Part shown: positions 8,462 to 19,600 of the stretch, piece after piece
Numbering within the stretch: position 1 is the stretch's first letter
Layout: each line of letters begins with the position of its first letter
Assembly (NCBI GenBank): GCA_017560225.1
Contig: JAFYOJ010000191.1
Coordinates: 3,455 to 67,454, forward strand
Direction of reading: 5' to 3'
DNA length: 64,000 nt
From: Clostridia bacterium
Lineage (GTDB): Bacteria; Bacillota; Clostridia; UBA1212; UBA1255
Notes under the pieces: generated by a model
The model's input: only the letters and a program-made list of their open reading frames with translations
What the model was told of the DNA's origin: nothing
Databases searched by the model: none
Position numbers and translations under genes: made by a program

Positions 8462-10108
8462 TTACAGATTATCCAAATCAAATACAACGCGCACTTTCTT
8501 ATAGCAATCGGTATAACCGCCCCAATTTGCTTTGTAGCGCCAGCCTACACCGTAGGGAGACTCCGAACTGCCGTCTGCGTTGAAACCGTTCATAGGATCG
8601 CAAGTAATCCAGCATGCCGGCAGCCAAGACTGCACCTGCGCCCAGTACGCCGTGGTTAATCCCGGATAATTACCGGAGTTAATATAACACAACATTTCCA
8701 ACCCCAAATTCTTCACAGGAGATAAATCTTTCACCCGCGTATAACTCAAATTCAATTGTTTCAAAGAAGAACACTGAGCAAGAGGGGCAATATTAGAAAG
8801 AGATCCACACCAAGCAAGCTCCAAAAATTCCAATTTCTTACAATTTGCCAAAGGCGAAAGATCCGTAATGGGGCTTCCCGAAAGAATAGCCAGTTCCAAA
8901 TCCGGCATATAGGCCAAGAAGCTCAAATCCGTCATAGACGTGTTATGTCCTAAGTCCACATATTTAACCTTTGTCAAATACTTAAACAAATAGCTGTTGC
9001 TATCATCCACGTGATATACAGCACGAAGTACGGTGGTATCGGTAAGCCAGCTACGGCTCTTGGTGGTACCGGGATTATTGGGATAATAATGGAAAATTCT
9101 CCAAACTATTTCGGTCCGATTCTTATAATCATCCCGAATCTTCGCCACAACTTCATTGCTGAATTGACAATTATCCAATTTAAAATGAGTACAGCGAGTT
9201 AAAATATCCAGCGCTTCCCGAACGTTCGCCTCTCCGCTGTCACCAATGCTCACATTCACGTAAGAAACGGTCTTACTCAAAGTAGACAACGTCTTTCCGT
9301 AGAGGGTAAAAGAATACTCAAAGTAAACACCGGGGGCCGCAACTTGTAACTTCTTCACATCCGCCTTGCTCAAACTGCTGCTCAGCTTTACAACACAAGG
9401 AGTGGTCAACGTCTTTGCCTCTTGGCAAGAAGCCTCCACCGCCCCTGCACCCCGTCCGGTCCAGTCATAGACAGGCCAACTGCTGTCCACCGACACTTTC
9501 GTATCCGTAATCACCGGATCTGCCGGCGTTGCCGGCACCGTAGAACTATTGTACGTAGTGACCGTAAAGACAATTTGCCCGTAAGTCGTCTTCAAACTGT
9601 TGATTTGGGTTTCTGTCAACTTCGTCTGATTCAAAGCAACAGAAGTAACCTTCGGCAAATACTTTAAATTCGCCATCAGTGTATCATAGGCGAAATCCGA
9701 GTCCGTCAAAGAAAGATACGACACGGTGTTCTCCACCGCTTTAGTCCCCAAAGAAACCGTATAAATCACTTCGATCCCGGGATTTACTTGGGCGAAAGAT
9801 AAAATCTCCTCATAACAAGTACTTCCCGTAAGGTCCGCTTTCTTCAAATTCTTGTATAAAGACAATTGAGAAATGGTTTCTTTCGTCACCACCATAGTCA
9901 CTGTTTCATCGTCATACGTCGCCGAAGGACCGCTCGTAGCAGGTGCCCCTGTTTCAGCAGGTGTACCAGAACTTTCCGGTGCCTGTGTGGAAGAAGACGG
10001 ATCTCCCGCCCGATTCATCTGGCAAGCCACGAAAGAGATGACCAATAAAACCACAATCGCCAGCGCAATCAATCGAATCTTTTTCTTTAAATTATTCTTC
10101 TTTCTCAT
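8462..10108 (-). CDS. Leucine-rich-repeat (internalin-like) lipoprotein.
   Basis: The N-terminus MRKKNNLKKKIRLIALAIVVLLVISFVAC has a lipobox, followed by a Ser/Thr/Pro-rich linker. The C-terminal half carries LRRs (LSFLAYMPDLELAILSGSPITDLSPLANCKKLEFLELAWCGSLSNIAPL). The start ATG at 10108 overlaps the stop of the upstream HAD gene. Confidence 0.7.
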   Translation of the reverse strand: MRKKNNLKKKIRLIALAIVVLLVISFVACQMNRAGDPSSSTQAPESSGTPAETGAPATSGPSATYDDETVTMVVTKETISQLSLYKNLKKADLTGSTCYEEILSFAQVNPGIEVIYTVSLGTKAVENTVSYLSLTDSDFAYDTLMANLKYLPKVTSVALNQTKLTETQINSLKTTYGQIVFTVTTYNSSTVPATPADPVITDTKVSVDSSWPVYDWTGRGAGAVEASCQEAKTLTTPCVVKLSSSLSKADVKKLQVAAPGVYFEYSFTLYGKTLSTLSKTVSYVNVSIGDSGEANVREALDILTRCTHFKLDNCQFSNEVVAKIRDDYKNRTEIVWRIFHYYPNNPGTTKSRSWLTDTTVLRAVYHVDDSNSYLFKYLTKVKYVDLGHNTSMTDLSFLAYMPDLELAILSGSPITDLSPLANCKKLEFLELAWCGSLSNIAPLAQCSSLKQLNLSYTRVKDLSPVKNLGLEMLCYINSGNYPGLTTAYWAQVQSWLPACWITCDPMNGFNADGSSESPYGVGWRYKANWGGYTDCYKKVRVVFDLDNL

Positions 10109-10773
10109 CACAGTTCCTCCACCGTCAATGTCTTCTCACTAATTTCCATCCCGCATCGCACCGCAAAATCTGCGCCCGCCGCATTTAATTTCTCCTTATT
10201 GCCATAGCCGTACAAAACAGCACAAGTGCAGCCAAATGCCGCTGCTTTCCCCGCTTCAATATCTGTATAGGAATCGCCCACCATCATACAATGTTCCGGA
10301 TCCACGCCCATAGCGTTGGCGCAAAGGAGCAATCCTTCCGGATCCGGTTTCATGCGAGTTACTGATTCAGGGCCAATGACGCGGGTAAAATAGGCGGCAA
10401 TGCCCAACTTATCCACAATCATTTTGGTCAAAGGTTCCGGTTTGTTGGATACTACGGACATTTTTACGCCTCGGGCTTTGAAACTCGCCAGCATTTCTTG
10501 AATGCCCGGATACAAAACAGTTTCATCGCAAGGGTGCGCCCCATAATAATTTTTATACCAAGCAAGAATTTCCGCTTGTTTCTGTTCGTCCTCCACAGGC
10601 ACGGTGTGGTCAATCAAGTGTTTTGCACCCCATCCTACAAAAGACATAATCTCTGCCGTCGTCATTTCAGGGAGCCCATATTGACGTTGCGTTGCCCGAA
10701 CAGACGCTGCAATATCCAGGGCCGTATCTGCAAGCACACCGTCAAAATCAAAAACTACTGCCTGTACATTCAT
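10108..10773 (-). CDS. HAD-IA family hydrolase (phosphoglycolate phosphatase-like).
   Basis: Motif I VVFDFDGVLADT is present, with a later GDSYTDIEAGKAA. The start is ATG 10773 with GAGGAAG upstream. Confidence 0.8.
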   Translation of the reverse strand: MNVQAVVFDFDGVLADTALDIAASVRATQRQYGLPEMTTAEIMSFVGWGAKHLIDHTVPVEDEQKQAEILAWYKNYYGAHPCDETVLYPGIQEMLASFKARGVKMSVVSNKPEPLTKMIVDKLGIAAYFTRVIGPESVTRMKPDPEGLLLCANAMGVDPEHCMMVGDSYTDIEAGKAAAFGCTCAVLYGYGNKEKLNAAGADFAVRCGMEISEKTLTVEEL

Positions 10774-10790
10774 TGAAATTCTTCCTCTTT

Positions 10791-11741
10791 TCAAAACATT
10801 TTCTTCTTGTACAAAATAATGGCTACAACAGCACACACAAGCGCGGCACCGCCACAGATAGCATAGAACGCCCAACTAAACGCAGCCAAAGGCATCGGCA
10901 CGTTCATACCAAAGAAGCCCGAAATAATATTGGGAATGGACATAACAATGGTAATGGACGCCAAGAGCTTCATCACAATATTCAAATTATTGGAAATAAT
11001 GGACGCAAAGGCATCCATCATGCCATTCAGAATGTTGCTGTAAATATTCGCCATTTCAATTGCCTGCTTGTTCTCAATAATAACGTCTTCCAGCAAATCC
11101 TCATCTTCCGGATACTTCTTAATAGAAATATTGGGGAAATTATATTTCATCAACTTGGTCAGCACAATCTCGTTAGACTTCAAAGAGGTAGAGAAGAAGA
11201 CCAAGGACTTCTCCAAAGAGAGCAAGAGCATCAACTCTTTGTTCTTCATGGATTTATGCAAATCATTCTCTATGTTGTTGGTGATCTTGTCAATCTGCCG
11301 CAAGTACTGCAAATAGTATGTGGCATTGCGATACAACAATTGAAGAATAAAACGGTTCTTCTTAAATGTACAGAACGTCTTCACCCGGTTCTCCAAGAAG
11401 TCACGAATAAGTTGTGTCTTCTTCAAGCTTACCGTAATCAGACACGTAGGACATACAATGATACCCAAAGGCATCGTCGCGTAAGCAAAACGGTCCGATC
11501 CGGGTACCACTTCCACCAACGGTACGTCGGCAACAATCAAGGTATTGCCATCTTCAGATTCAATACGGGGACGCTCTTCTTCGTCCAGGGCGGCGGTTAA
11601 AAAGTCTTGTTCCACACCCATTTTACCCGCAATTTCCTGAATTTCCTCTTTGGACGGATCCAACATATTGATCCAGCAACCCTCTACCGGGGCCTCCATC
11701 TTCTGCAATTTGCCGTTCTCGGAAAATAAAATCTCTATCAT
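10791..11741 (-). CDS. corA: CorA family magnesium/cobalt transporter.
   Basis: The GMN motif (FFGMNVPMP) lies before the last two transmembrane helices. The start overlaps the rsfS stop as ATGA. Confidence 0.9.
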   Translation of the reverse strand: MIEILFSENGKLQKMEAPVEGCWINMLDPSKEEIQEIAGKMGVEQDFLTAALDEEERPRIESEDGNTLIVADVPLVEVVPGSDRFAYATMPLGIIVCPTCLITVSLKKTQLIRDFLENRVKTFCTFKKNRFILQLLYRNATYYLQYLRQIDKITNNIENDLHKSMKNKELMLLLSLEKSLVFFSTSLKSNEIVLTKLMKYNFPNISIKKYPEDEDLLEDVIIENKQAIEMANIYSNILNGMMDAFASIISNNLNIVMKLLASITIVMSIPNIISGFFGMNVPMPLAAFSWAFYAICGGAALVCAVVAIILYKKKMF

Positions 11742-12109
11742 GGCTCCATCCCTCCCGGCCCTGTCTTTGTAACAGGCTTATTTCTCCACAAACGCTCAAT
11801 GTTGTAGAATTCCCGTTCCTCCTCTAAGAACACGTGAGCAACTACGTCGGTGAAATCCATCAAAATCCACGCAGCCGTATCGTAGCCCTCCAAATGAATA
11901 CAAGGCTGGCCGGCTTCTTTCATCTTCTCCATTACTTCATCGGCAATACCTCTTAAATGGGTAGACGAAGTACCACTGCAAACAATAAATGCATCTGTAA
12001 TCGGTGTCTGGCCTTGCAGGTCAATCACTTCAATTTGTTTCGCCTTGCGGTCGTCCATTGCTCTTACCACAATTTCGGTAAAAATCTTTCCTTTATTTTG
12101 CTCGCTCAT
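11738..12109 (-). CDS. rsfS: Ribosome silencing factor RsfS (Iojap).
   Basis: The product reads MSEQNKGKIFTEIVVRAMDDRKAKQIEVIDLQG...DFTDVVAHVFLEEEREFYNIERLW. The RBS is AAGGAG. Confidence 0.85.
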   Translation of the reverse strand: MSEQNKGKIFTEIVVRAMDDRKAKQIEVIDLQGQTPITDAFIVCSGTSSTHLRGIADEVMEKMKEAGQPCIHLEGYDTAAWILMDFTDVVAHVFLEEEREFYNIERLWRNKPVTKTGPGGMEP

Positions 12110-12131
12110 CACGTTATGCTCCTTTACTATT

Positions 12132-13289
12132 TTATTCGCCCAGTCGGTCTTGTGCCCAATCACGGGTTTCCAGCGTATCCCGACAAATTTCCTTGCCTTG
12201 CTCTTCTAAATGAGCAATGGTCATCTGGCATTCTGCCAGCACGGCCGCCATCAAGCCGTCTTGCTCAAATGCAGCGCGCACCTTGTCAAAATGGGGACCT
12301 TCTCTTCCGGCTTCTGTATAATCTGCCACAAATAGAATTTGCGCCAGAATTCCCATTCCCACTTTGCCCGTTGTATGGCAAGCAATGGCTTCTAATATTT
12401 CAGGGTCCTCGATCCCATAGCGGGATTTGGCCAAAATTTCCGACGCTTTTGCGTGGAGCAAAGCCCCATTCTCTCCGGAAAGCCCCAGCCACGCATATTG
12501 CGCCGGGGTAAATTCCCGGGCCGCATCGTGAAGCAGTCCTGCCAAAGCGCATTTTCCCTCCGGCACGCCCACTCGGCGACCGATACGCACAGCCTCTTCC
12601 ATAACGCCCATGCTATGTGCATAGCGATGAGGGCTCAGCCTCTTTTGAAGTTCCTGCCGAATCCCTGCTAAATCCATAGGCTTGTCCGGTTGATATAGGC
12701 CATAAACGCCAATCAGCGCTGCTACAGATTTCGGCACCCATCCGGATAGGTCTTGTCCCGCCTCGCAGGCTGCTCGAAGTTCTGTAGAAGAAATGTCCAC
12801 GCTGGGCACTTCCACAAATTGAATCTTAGCTCCCAGTCGGGTCAGTTCTTCGTATTCTGTCAGAAAATCTTCCCGACTATATCCGGGCCTGTACATTGCA
12901 ATAAAACTACATAATCGAAAGACTTGGTGATAATCTTTCCAGTGCTTTAAATCTGCCAGCACATCCGCGCCAATAATCCAAGCATATTCTTGATTCGGAT
13001 TTTGGGCGTGGAGCGCACGTAATGTGTCGATGGTATACGTATATCCATTTCTTTGAATTTCCATATCGGATACAGAGAATTTCGGATTGCCGGTTTCCCC
13101 AATGGCCGCTTGTACCATTTGCAAGCGCAAAGCGCCCGGCGTCACATTGCGGTGAACTTTATGAGGGGGATCGCCGGTGGGCATAAAGGTAAGCTGATCC
13201 AACCCTGCGGCATTCAATACCGCAGAGGCCACATCAATATGTCCTTTATGGATGGGATCAAACGTTCCACCAAAAAATCCAATTCTCAT
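12132..13289 (-). CDS. nadD: Fused nicotinate-nucleotide adenylyltransferase NadD (N-terminal) and HD-domain YqeK phosphohydrolase (C-terminal).
   Basis: The N-terminus MRIGFFGGTFDPIHKGH is the NadD (H/T)xGH motif. The C-terminal half has an HD motif (RYAHSMGV...LLHDAAREF) typical of YqeK. NadD and YqeK are normally two adjacent genes. Confidence 0.8.
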   Translation of the reverse strand: MRIGFFGGTFDPIHKGHIDVASAVLNAAGLDQLTFMPTGDPPHKVHRNVTPGALRLQMVQAAIGETGNPKFSVSDMEIQRNGYTYTIDTLRALHAQNPNQEYAWIIGADVLADLKHWKDYHQVFRLCSFIAMYRPGYSREDFLTEYEELTRLGAKIQFVEVPSVDISSTELRAACEAGQDLSGWVPKSVAALIGVYGLYQPDKPMDLAGIRQELQKRLSPHRYAHSMGVMEEAVRIGRRVGVPEGKCALAGLLHDAAREFTPAQYAWLGLSGENGALLHAKASEILAKSRYGIEDPEILEAIACHTTGKVGMGILAQILFVADYTEAGREGPHFDKVRAAFEQDGLMAAVLAECQMTIAHLEEQGKEICRDTLETRDWAQDRLGE

Positions 13290-13314
13290 CGCACTGCTTC
13301 TTTCCCGTTACTTT

Positions 13315-13352
13315 CAAAAAACGCCCAACCGTTTTGTCTTCGGTGGGCGTTT
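13315..13352 (-). terminator. Rho-independent terminator downstream of hypothetical gene 13388..13738.
   Basis: The minus-strand RNA reads AAACGCCCACC-gaagacaaaac-GGUUGGGCGUUU followed by UUUUUG. Confidence 0.5.
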
Positions 13353-13387
13353 CAGGATTGCTTTCAATCATTACACTACGCGTATGC

Positions 13388-13738
13388 TTAGTGCTTGGGT
13401 ACCTTCTTATCCATGGCTTTCCCAAAACTATACCAAGAGTTGCGCAATTTATGACGAAGTTCCACGTCAAACACCCATTCAATGGCGTCATTCAATTTCT
13501 TTCTCATTTCAAGATATTCACTGCGGTTAAACCCGTCTTGTGCCAGAAGGGCATCCATATCCGCAATCCATGCACACACGCGATCAATGCCTGCCGCGTC
13601 CGGATCCACCTTCTTCTTCAAATGGAAAACCACTGACTTCACGGACTTCTTCTGAAGTTCCGCATCCGGTGTAAGCCCAATGACTTCCTGTTTATCGCCT
13701 ACATGATCCGTAATACTACTGCCACTATCTGTACTCAT
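13388..13738 (-). CDS. Hypothetical protein of 116 aa, acidic N-terminus, with no recognisable domain.
   Basis: The ORF has an AAGGGAGA RBS 7 nt before ATG 13738 (MSTDSGSSITDH...). Coding-like composition is the only other support. Confidence 0.5.
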   Translation of the reverse strand: MSTDSGSSITDHVGDKQEVIGLTPDAELQKKSVKSVVFHLKKKVDPDAAGIDRVCAWIADMDALLAQDGFNRSEYLEMRKKLNDAIEWVFDVELRHKLRNSWYSFGKAMDKKVPKH

Positions 13739-13872
13739 GCACTCATCTCCCTTCAATCTCTGACCTATACTATCATACGAAAAAAATCAAAACCTATTAC
13801 AATTTCTGTAATAAGCTTGATTTCATTCTCGTTATTAGCTTGATTGTATCACTGCCGGCGATAAAATGCAAG

Positions 13873-15237
13873 TCAGTTCTTCAAACTCTGCATCGGTGCC
13901 GGAATGCGTCCACCCCGTGCAATAAAAGTACTGCTATCTTCCGCATATTGCCGGACCGGCATAACGGGACCGCTGCCTAAGAGTCCGCCGAATTCTACCA
14001 CGTCGCCTACTTGCTTGCCGGGTGCAGGAATAATTCGCACGGCCGTAGTCTTATGGTTGACCATACCAATAGCCGCTTCGTCTGCAATAATGGCGGAAAT
14101 AGTAGAGGCACTGGTATCCCCCGGTACCACAATCATATCTAAGCCTACGGAGCATACGCAGGTCATAGCTTCTAATTTCTCAATACACAAAGAACCATTT
14201 TGCACCGCTTCGATCATACCCTCGTCCTCACTGACGGGGATAAAAGCACCGGAAAGTCCGCCCACGTGAGAAGATGCCATCAATCCGCCTTTCTTCACGG
14301 CGTCATTCAGCAAGGCAAGGGCTGCCGTGGTACCAGGCGCACCGCAATGACCCACGCCCATTTCTTCAATAATCCGGGCAACGCTGTCCCCTACTGCAGG
14401 CGTGGGGGCTAAGGATAAGTCTACAATGCCGAAAGGCACGCCCAAGCGTTCACTGGCAAGTTGTGCTACCAATTGTCCCATACGGGTAATCTTAAAGGCT
14501 GTTTTCTTAATGGTTTCTGCAAGAATCGTGAAATCCTGACCGCGAACAGCTTCAATGGCGCATTTTACTACGCCGGGACCGCTGACGCCTACGTTAATCA
14601 CGCACTCCGGCTCGCCCACTCCGTGGAACGCACCCGCCATAAAGGGATTATCCTCCGGTGCATTGGCAAATACCACCAAACGGGCACAGGATGCACCGCC
14701 TGTTTCTGCGGAAAGTTCTGCGGCTTTCTTAATTAAAATACCCATATCCCGCACCGCATCCATATTGATGCCGGCTTTAGAAGTACCTACGTTTACGCTG
14801 GTACAAACCTTCTGGGTTTCAAGAAGCGCATAGGGTAAAGACTCTACTAAAGTCTTCTCACTAACCGTATAGCCCTTATGGACCAAAGCGGAATAGCCGC
14901 CGATGAAGTTTACGCCGGTTTCTGCTGCCGCACGGTCTAACGTACGGGCCAAAGCCACACAGCCGTCAATATCGTGGGGCGCAATCATGCCGATCGGCGT
15001 TACGGAAATTCGTTTATTCACAATGGGAATGCCCAATTCTGTTTCAATCTCACAACATACGGAAACCAAATTTCTTGCCGTATGGGTAATCTTGTCATAC
15101 ACCGCTTGGCACGTAGCCTGAATATCTCCCCGCACACAAGAAAGCAAATTGATGCCCATAGTGACGGTACGAATATCCAAATGTTCTTGTTGAATCATTT
15201 TGACGGTTTGAGCAATTTCATCCGTAGAAATAAACAT
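13873..15237 (-). CDS. UPF0210 / PFL-family protein (DUF711).
   Basis: The 454-aa product starts [34 protein letters not shown]. It has the conserved genomic partner, an ACT-domain UPF0237 gene, immediately upstream. Confidence 0.8.
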   Translation of the reverse strand: MFISTDEIAQTVKMIQQEHLDIRTVTMGINLLSCVRGDIQATCQAVYDKITHTARNLVSVCCEIETELGIPIVNKRISVTPIGMIAPHDIDGCVALARTLDRAAAETGVNFIGGYSALVHKGYTVSEKTLVESLPYALLETQKVCTSVNVGTSKAGINMDAVRDMGILIKKAAELSAETGGASCARLVVFANAPEDNPFMAGAFHGVGEPECVINVGVSGPGVVKCAIEAVRGQDFTILAETIKKTAFKITRMGQLVAQLASERLGVPFGIVDLSLAPTPAVGDSVARIIEEMGVGHCGAPGTTAALALLNDAVKKGGLMASSHVGGLSGAFIPVSEDEGMIEAVQNGSLCIEKLEAMTCVCSVGLDMIVVPGDTSASTISAIIADEAAIGMVNHKTTAVRIIPAPGKQVGDVVEFGGLLGSGPVMPVRQYAEDSSTFIARGGRIPAPMQSLKN

Positions 15238-15252
15238 AATCGTTCACTCCTC

Positions 15253-15525
15253 TCAGATTTTGTGCATAGCGTTGAAAATATCCACGTGCTGCAAGCGAAT
15301 CCGCAGCCCCATTTCATCGCCCAATGCTGCCAAATTCTCTGCAAGGGCCGCAAATCCGCCCTTCACGGAGGTAACGTCCACCAACATGGTCATAGTGAAG
15401 ATCTCGTCCATGGTGGTTTGGCTAATATCTAAAATATTGCCGTTTGCTTCTGCCAACATGTTGGATACGGCAGCGATAATGCCCACGCGATCTTTTCCAA
15501 TTACAGTCAATACTGCTTTAATCAT
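15253..15525 (-). CDS. ACT-domain protein (UPF0237).
   Basis: The 90-aa product starts MIKAVLTVIGKDRVGIIAAVSNMLAE, a typical ACT fold. The RBS is AAAGGAGAT. Confidence 0.8.
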   Translation of the reverse strand: MIKAVLTVIGKDRVGIIAAVSNMLAEANGNILDISQTTMDEIFTMTMLVDVTSVKGGFAALAENLAALGDEMGLRIRLQHVDIFNAMHKI

Positions 15526-15549
15526 GGTAAAATATCTCCTTTTTTGAAA

Positions 15550-16434
15550 TCACTGGTCCAGTGTTTTGAAGCTGCACCCTTGGCCGGCGGCTTGGGGAAT
15601 AAAGCTGGTCAATGCGGTATACACACTATCGCTGGTATCCAGTGCGAAGATCTTACCATCTGCCATATTTTCTCCCATATCTTTCAAAAGAACAGCCGAA
15701 GTTCCACCGAATGTGCCTGACCACAATGCAACTTTATACCCCATTGCTTCTGCAATGGCGATATCTCGCTGGGAAATCTTGTCAGGACTGGGGCGGAAAT
15801 ACGTCATTCGTTGTGTATGATCGGTAAGTTCTTGGTAAATTTCTTCCATTGCCCACAATTCATCGCAGAATTTCTCCGGCGTAATCGTTGCGGTAGCAAA
15901 GTTTCCACGAACACCCAAAACGTGTCCTTCTTCGATAATTCGTTTTAAAATCGTTTTTCCTGTTTGAGGATTATTCTGTAGATAAGTAGTGGACACAAAG
16001 AACGTCGCTTTAGCACCGTGACTCTTCAATACATCTAAAATTTCCGCTTCTTTATGTGGCCACTCCAAAGTAAACGTAAGGTATAAATCAAGACCTTGAT
16101 TATCAGCTTTTGTGTAGAAACAAGTGGTGTCCTTAATTACATCCATCGTTTCCATCGTGGTAGACGACCACGCTGTATGATATTGAGAAGACAAATTATA
16201 GAATTGCGTATAATCCACATCGGGACGTGCCACAATGCCTTGCGTGGGAGCCGGAGCCTCCGTAGGCGTTGCCGTCGCTGCGGGTGCCGTCGCCGTAGGT
16301 GTTGCCGTCGCCGGTCCCTTAGAAGGAACATTCAAAATTTCTTCGCTTTCCGGTCCTGTAAAAGCCTGGGATACGATCAACACAGTGACCGCAATAAACA
16401 AAATGAAAAGTGCAATTAAATGACTCTTTCTCAT
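15550..16434 (-). CDS. Secreted NodB-homology (polysaccharide deacetylase-like) family protein, divergent.
   Basis: A signal peptide or transmembrane segment (LIALFILFIAVTVLIVSQA) is followed by an Ala/Thr/Pro linker. The sequence ATFFVSTTYLQ...EGHVLGVRG...YFRPSP resembles NodB motifs, but the canonical TFDDG is absent. The start is ATG 16434 with GAAGGAGAG upstream. Confidence 0.5.
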   Translation of the reverse strand: MRKSHLIALFILFIAVTVLIVSQAFTGPESEEILNVPSKGPATATPTATAPAATATPTEAPAPTQGIVARPDVDYTQFYNLSSQYHTAWSSTTMETMDVIKDTTCFYTKADNQGLDLYLTFTLEWPHKEAEILDVLKSHGAKATFFVSTTYLQNNPQTGKTILKRIIEEGHVLGVRGNFATATITPEKFCDELWAMEEIYQELTDHTQRMTYFRPSPDKISQRDIAIAEAMGYKVALWSGTFGGTSAVLLKDMGENMADGKIFALDTSDSVYTALTSFIPQAAGQGCSFKTLDQ

Positions 16435-16699
16435 TACATATCTCTCTCCTTCGATAGTATAACCGTTTGAATTATAGCAAAGTTTGGGGTATAAAGCAAT
16501 CCGGTATCGGAACGAACAAAACGGGGCCGCCTTCAAAGAGACCGCCCCGCCATTTTAGAAGTTCATATTGCCCGCAAAAGACTTACAGTTCGTCTTCCCA
16601 CTCAGTTCCCTGTGTGGACTCCGTAAGGATATCTTGGGTTTGGAAGAAGAACACTTCAAGTTCTGCTGTTTCAAACATCTCTTTCATATTCAACCCTCC

Positions 16700-19600
16700 T
16701 TAATCTTGATCGTAGGCACTGGCCATACAACCGTAATCATAAACCGCTTGCACAATTGCGTAGGAATTTGCCTGTGCGTCATTTGCCGCTACAAACACAT
16801 TCACGTACGTGTTAATGCTGTAGGTTACGGTCTGTACACAGACACCGTCTACATACAAACCTACAACAACCGGTTTATCAAATTCGTTTGCGTATACCAA
16901 GTTGTAATCCCAGTAATAGATGTTGCCGGTAGACAATTCAAAGTTCGTATACGTCTGGCTGTCGCCCTCTACCTTAATGGTAATCTTGCTTGCATCGTCC
17001 GTTACGAACTTAAAGCGAAGACGTACGGTATCAAACAAAGCAAGGCTTGCAGACTTCCAGTAATTGTTGGCGTCGCCGCGCTCACTAACGTCACGTACGG
17101 ACTCAGCTTCCGTCATATCTTGCTTTACAGAATTCTTCTCTGCGTCGGTCAACTGACTGTTTGCAAAGAGCGCAGCATCCGTAATGCCTTCAAAATACTT
17201 CTGGGATTCTGTACCGTAGTTCAGAAGGGCAATCAACAAGTTTCGAAGATCCTGTTTGTTTGCATCGGCTGCCGCTTCTTCTGCAGTAGGCATAATATTC
17301 ATGCAGTATTGTTGCAGGCTGTATGTTGCCACTTTATCTTTCCGCATACCGTCGATATACAACTGAGCAGTAATATTCTCACACATATCCTGTGGCAGAA
17401 TATCAGGCAAAGCGAACGTATATTGGTCGCCGGACAGAACACCATCTACCCAAATGTCCTTACTCTTAAAAGTAAACTTCATCTGAACGGACTCTGCGTC
17501 GTCTACATCCACATCTGCACTGTAATGAAGGGTAATCGCCTCATTCAATTCCGGTGCAGCCGTTTTAATTTCACCGTCAACACCTTCATAGATTGAGAAA
17601 TTCTTGATGTCATAACCAGCGGTACTACCTTCAGCCATAAAGCCAAAGTAAGCAATATCCTCTGCCGCAGGCAAGCGGTCAATCTTCTCCACAAATAATT
17701 GTTCGCCATCCAAGAATACCTGAATCGAGTTTCCGGTTACCTCTGCCGTTAAGTTAAACCACTGTTTGGTAGAGAAATCGATACCATCTTTAACCACTGT
17801 GAAATTATCGATGTATTCAATGGACCCGGAAATCGGATATCCATGGCCCGGAGCATTCCCTTGTGCGTGTCCACGGAAACTTATCGTACCTGCGGTTTTA
17901 TCGAAATTAAAACGAATTTGATGGAAGTGATATCCACTGGATACTTTCTCGCCAACCAAGAAGCCGGCGCCACCGATTTTTTCGCTGGTATACTCATTAG
18001 GAGAGAAATCCACGCTTACAGTATAACTCTTGTATGGAATTGTACGATTCATATAAATCCACGCATTACCACTATTTACAACAGGTACACGCATCACGCA
18101 GTCACCATTTTCGTCTACGGTATAACAGTTTGTTTGATCGTACGCGTTGGTTTCCTGCACATTGGTAAACCAAGCCTTGGCTGTTGTATAACTATAGAAT
18201 ACGTTCTCCGGCACTAAATTAAATTCCAAACCCACACCTTCATATACGCCGAAGTTCTTAATAGATTGCGTAGCACCGGACGGGAAGAAACCAATATAGT
18301 TCAGTTCCTCGGACGTGGGGAAATGACCTAAAGACGTATCTTTAATACTACCGGACACATACGGATCTTGGAAATCCGGTGTTTGATATCCGTCAAAATA
18401 AATCGTCGTTTTCGTAGGTGTAACTTCAAAGATGACCTCGTGCCACGAATCAGCAGAAAAATCACCTTTATACCAAGATGTTCCATACTTTGGTGTCGCA
18501 GGATATGGATCAAGATTACAATGTTCCCATACATAGAAGTCTATGGTTTTAGCCGTATAATTCGGATCAAAACGAATATTCATCCATTTGCAATCGTTAG
18601 GCGAACTACCGTAACCCAACAAGATGCCCATATACCCACTATCATCAGATTTGATATTCATCTTTACAGTGAAACTACCATCCGGCAAGCTCCGTGATGT
18701 ATACATATCCAGGTGACTTTTAGGAACATGGTACACATATTCTCCTTCTTCTTCAGAGAAAGTACCCGCCATAGAACCTTTAAACCATTGAGAAGCCTTT
18801 TCTTTGCTGGCAAAAACATCCGCCGGTACCAGATTAAGTCCTTCCGCCTGAACCGGATAAGCAATGGTCACGGTAGCAACACAAGGATCCGAACTTCTTC
18901 GAGTTTGCATACGGAAATATACGCCATCCGCTGCCGTCTCACCATTATCACCCGCAATAGCTGTTAATTTCGTAGTAACCGTCTGCGTAGAACTGTACGC
19001 AATGCCCGTACCCGCTACATACTGACCAATACCACGAATATAGGCTTGATCCGATTTGCTTGTAAACGCAAACCGGTAACCGGTTGCTGCAAATGCGCCA
19101 CTTGTACTATAGACTGTAGCACTATTCTGCGGTGCATTTGCAAGTCGACCAATACCATCTCCACCATCACCGCGCAAAGCCCAGTTAAGTGCTTGATTAT
19201 TTACTGTATTTACAGGAATTGCAAGAGTAGGATCAGCCTTACCTACCAACATAACACTGGCATAGCCGGCATCTTTATTATAAGATGCTGTACCGTCACC
19301 AAATATTACGTTAACAAAGCCCTTACCATCTTTGCCATCTTTACCAATCAATTCTGTCAATTTCTCACTATATTGGAAGTAACCGGTGGTGCCGGGCATT
19401 TCTACTGTAGCCGTATCTACAATCAAGTACTCCGAGGAAGCCTCTACAATGGACCCACCACTACTTAATGACCAACGAGACATCGGTGCTCGTTCCGCAT
19501 CATAGTCAGCGGGCATAGGGTAGGCCACCGTAACGGTGATTGTTTTTTCTCCACCCAATCCAATACGAAGATACACACCATCTGCTGCAGTTTCATCATT

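Noticed and set aside
10692-11600. 302-aa plus-strand ORF.
   Set aside because: It is antisense to corA and the HAD gene. It is Gln/His/Asn-rich junk with no RBS.
16568-17596. 342-aa plus-strand ORF, with others at 17843..18217 and 19046..19468.
   Set aside because: They are antisense frames within the 3.6 kb secreted-protein gene. They are Cys/Ile-rich and have no ribosome-binding sites.
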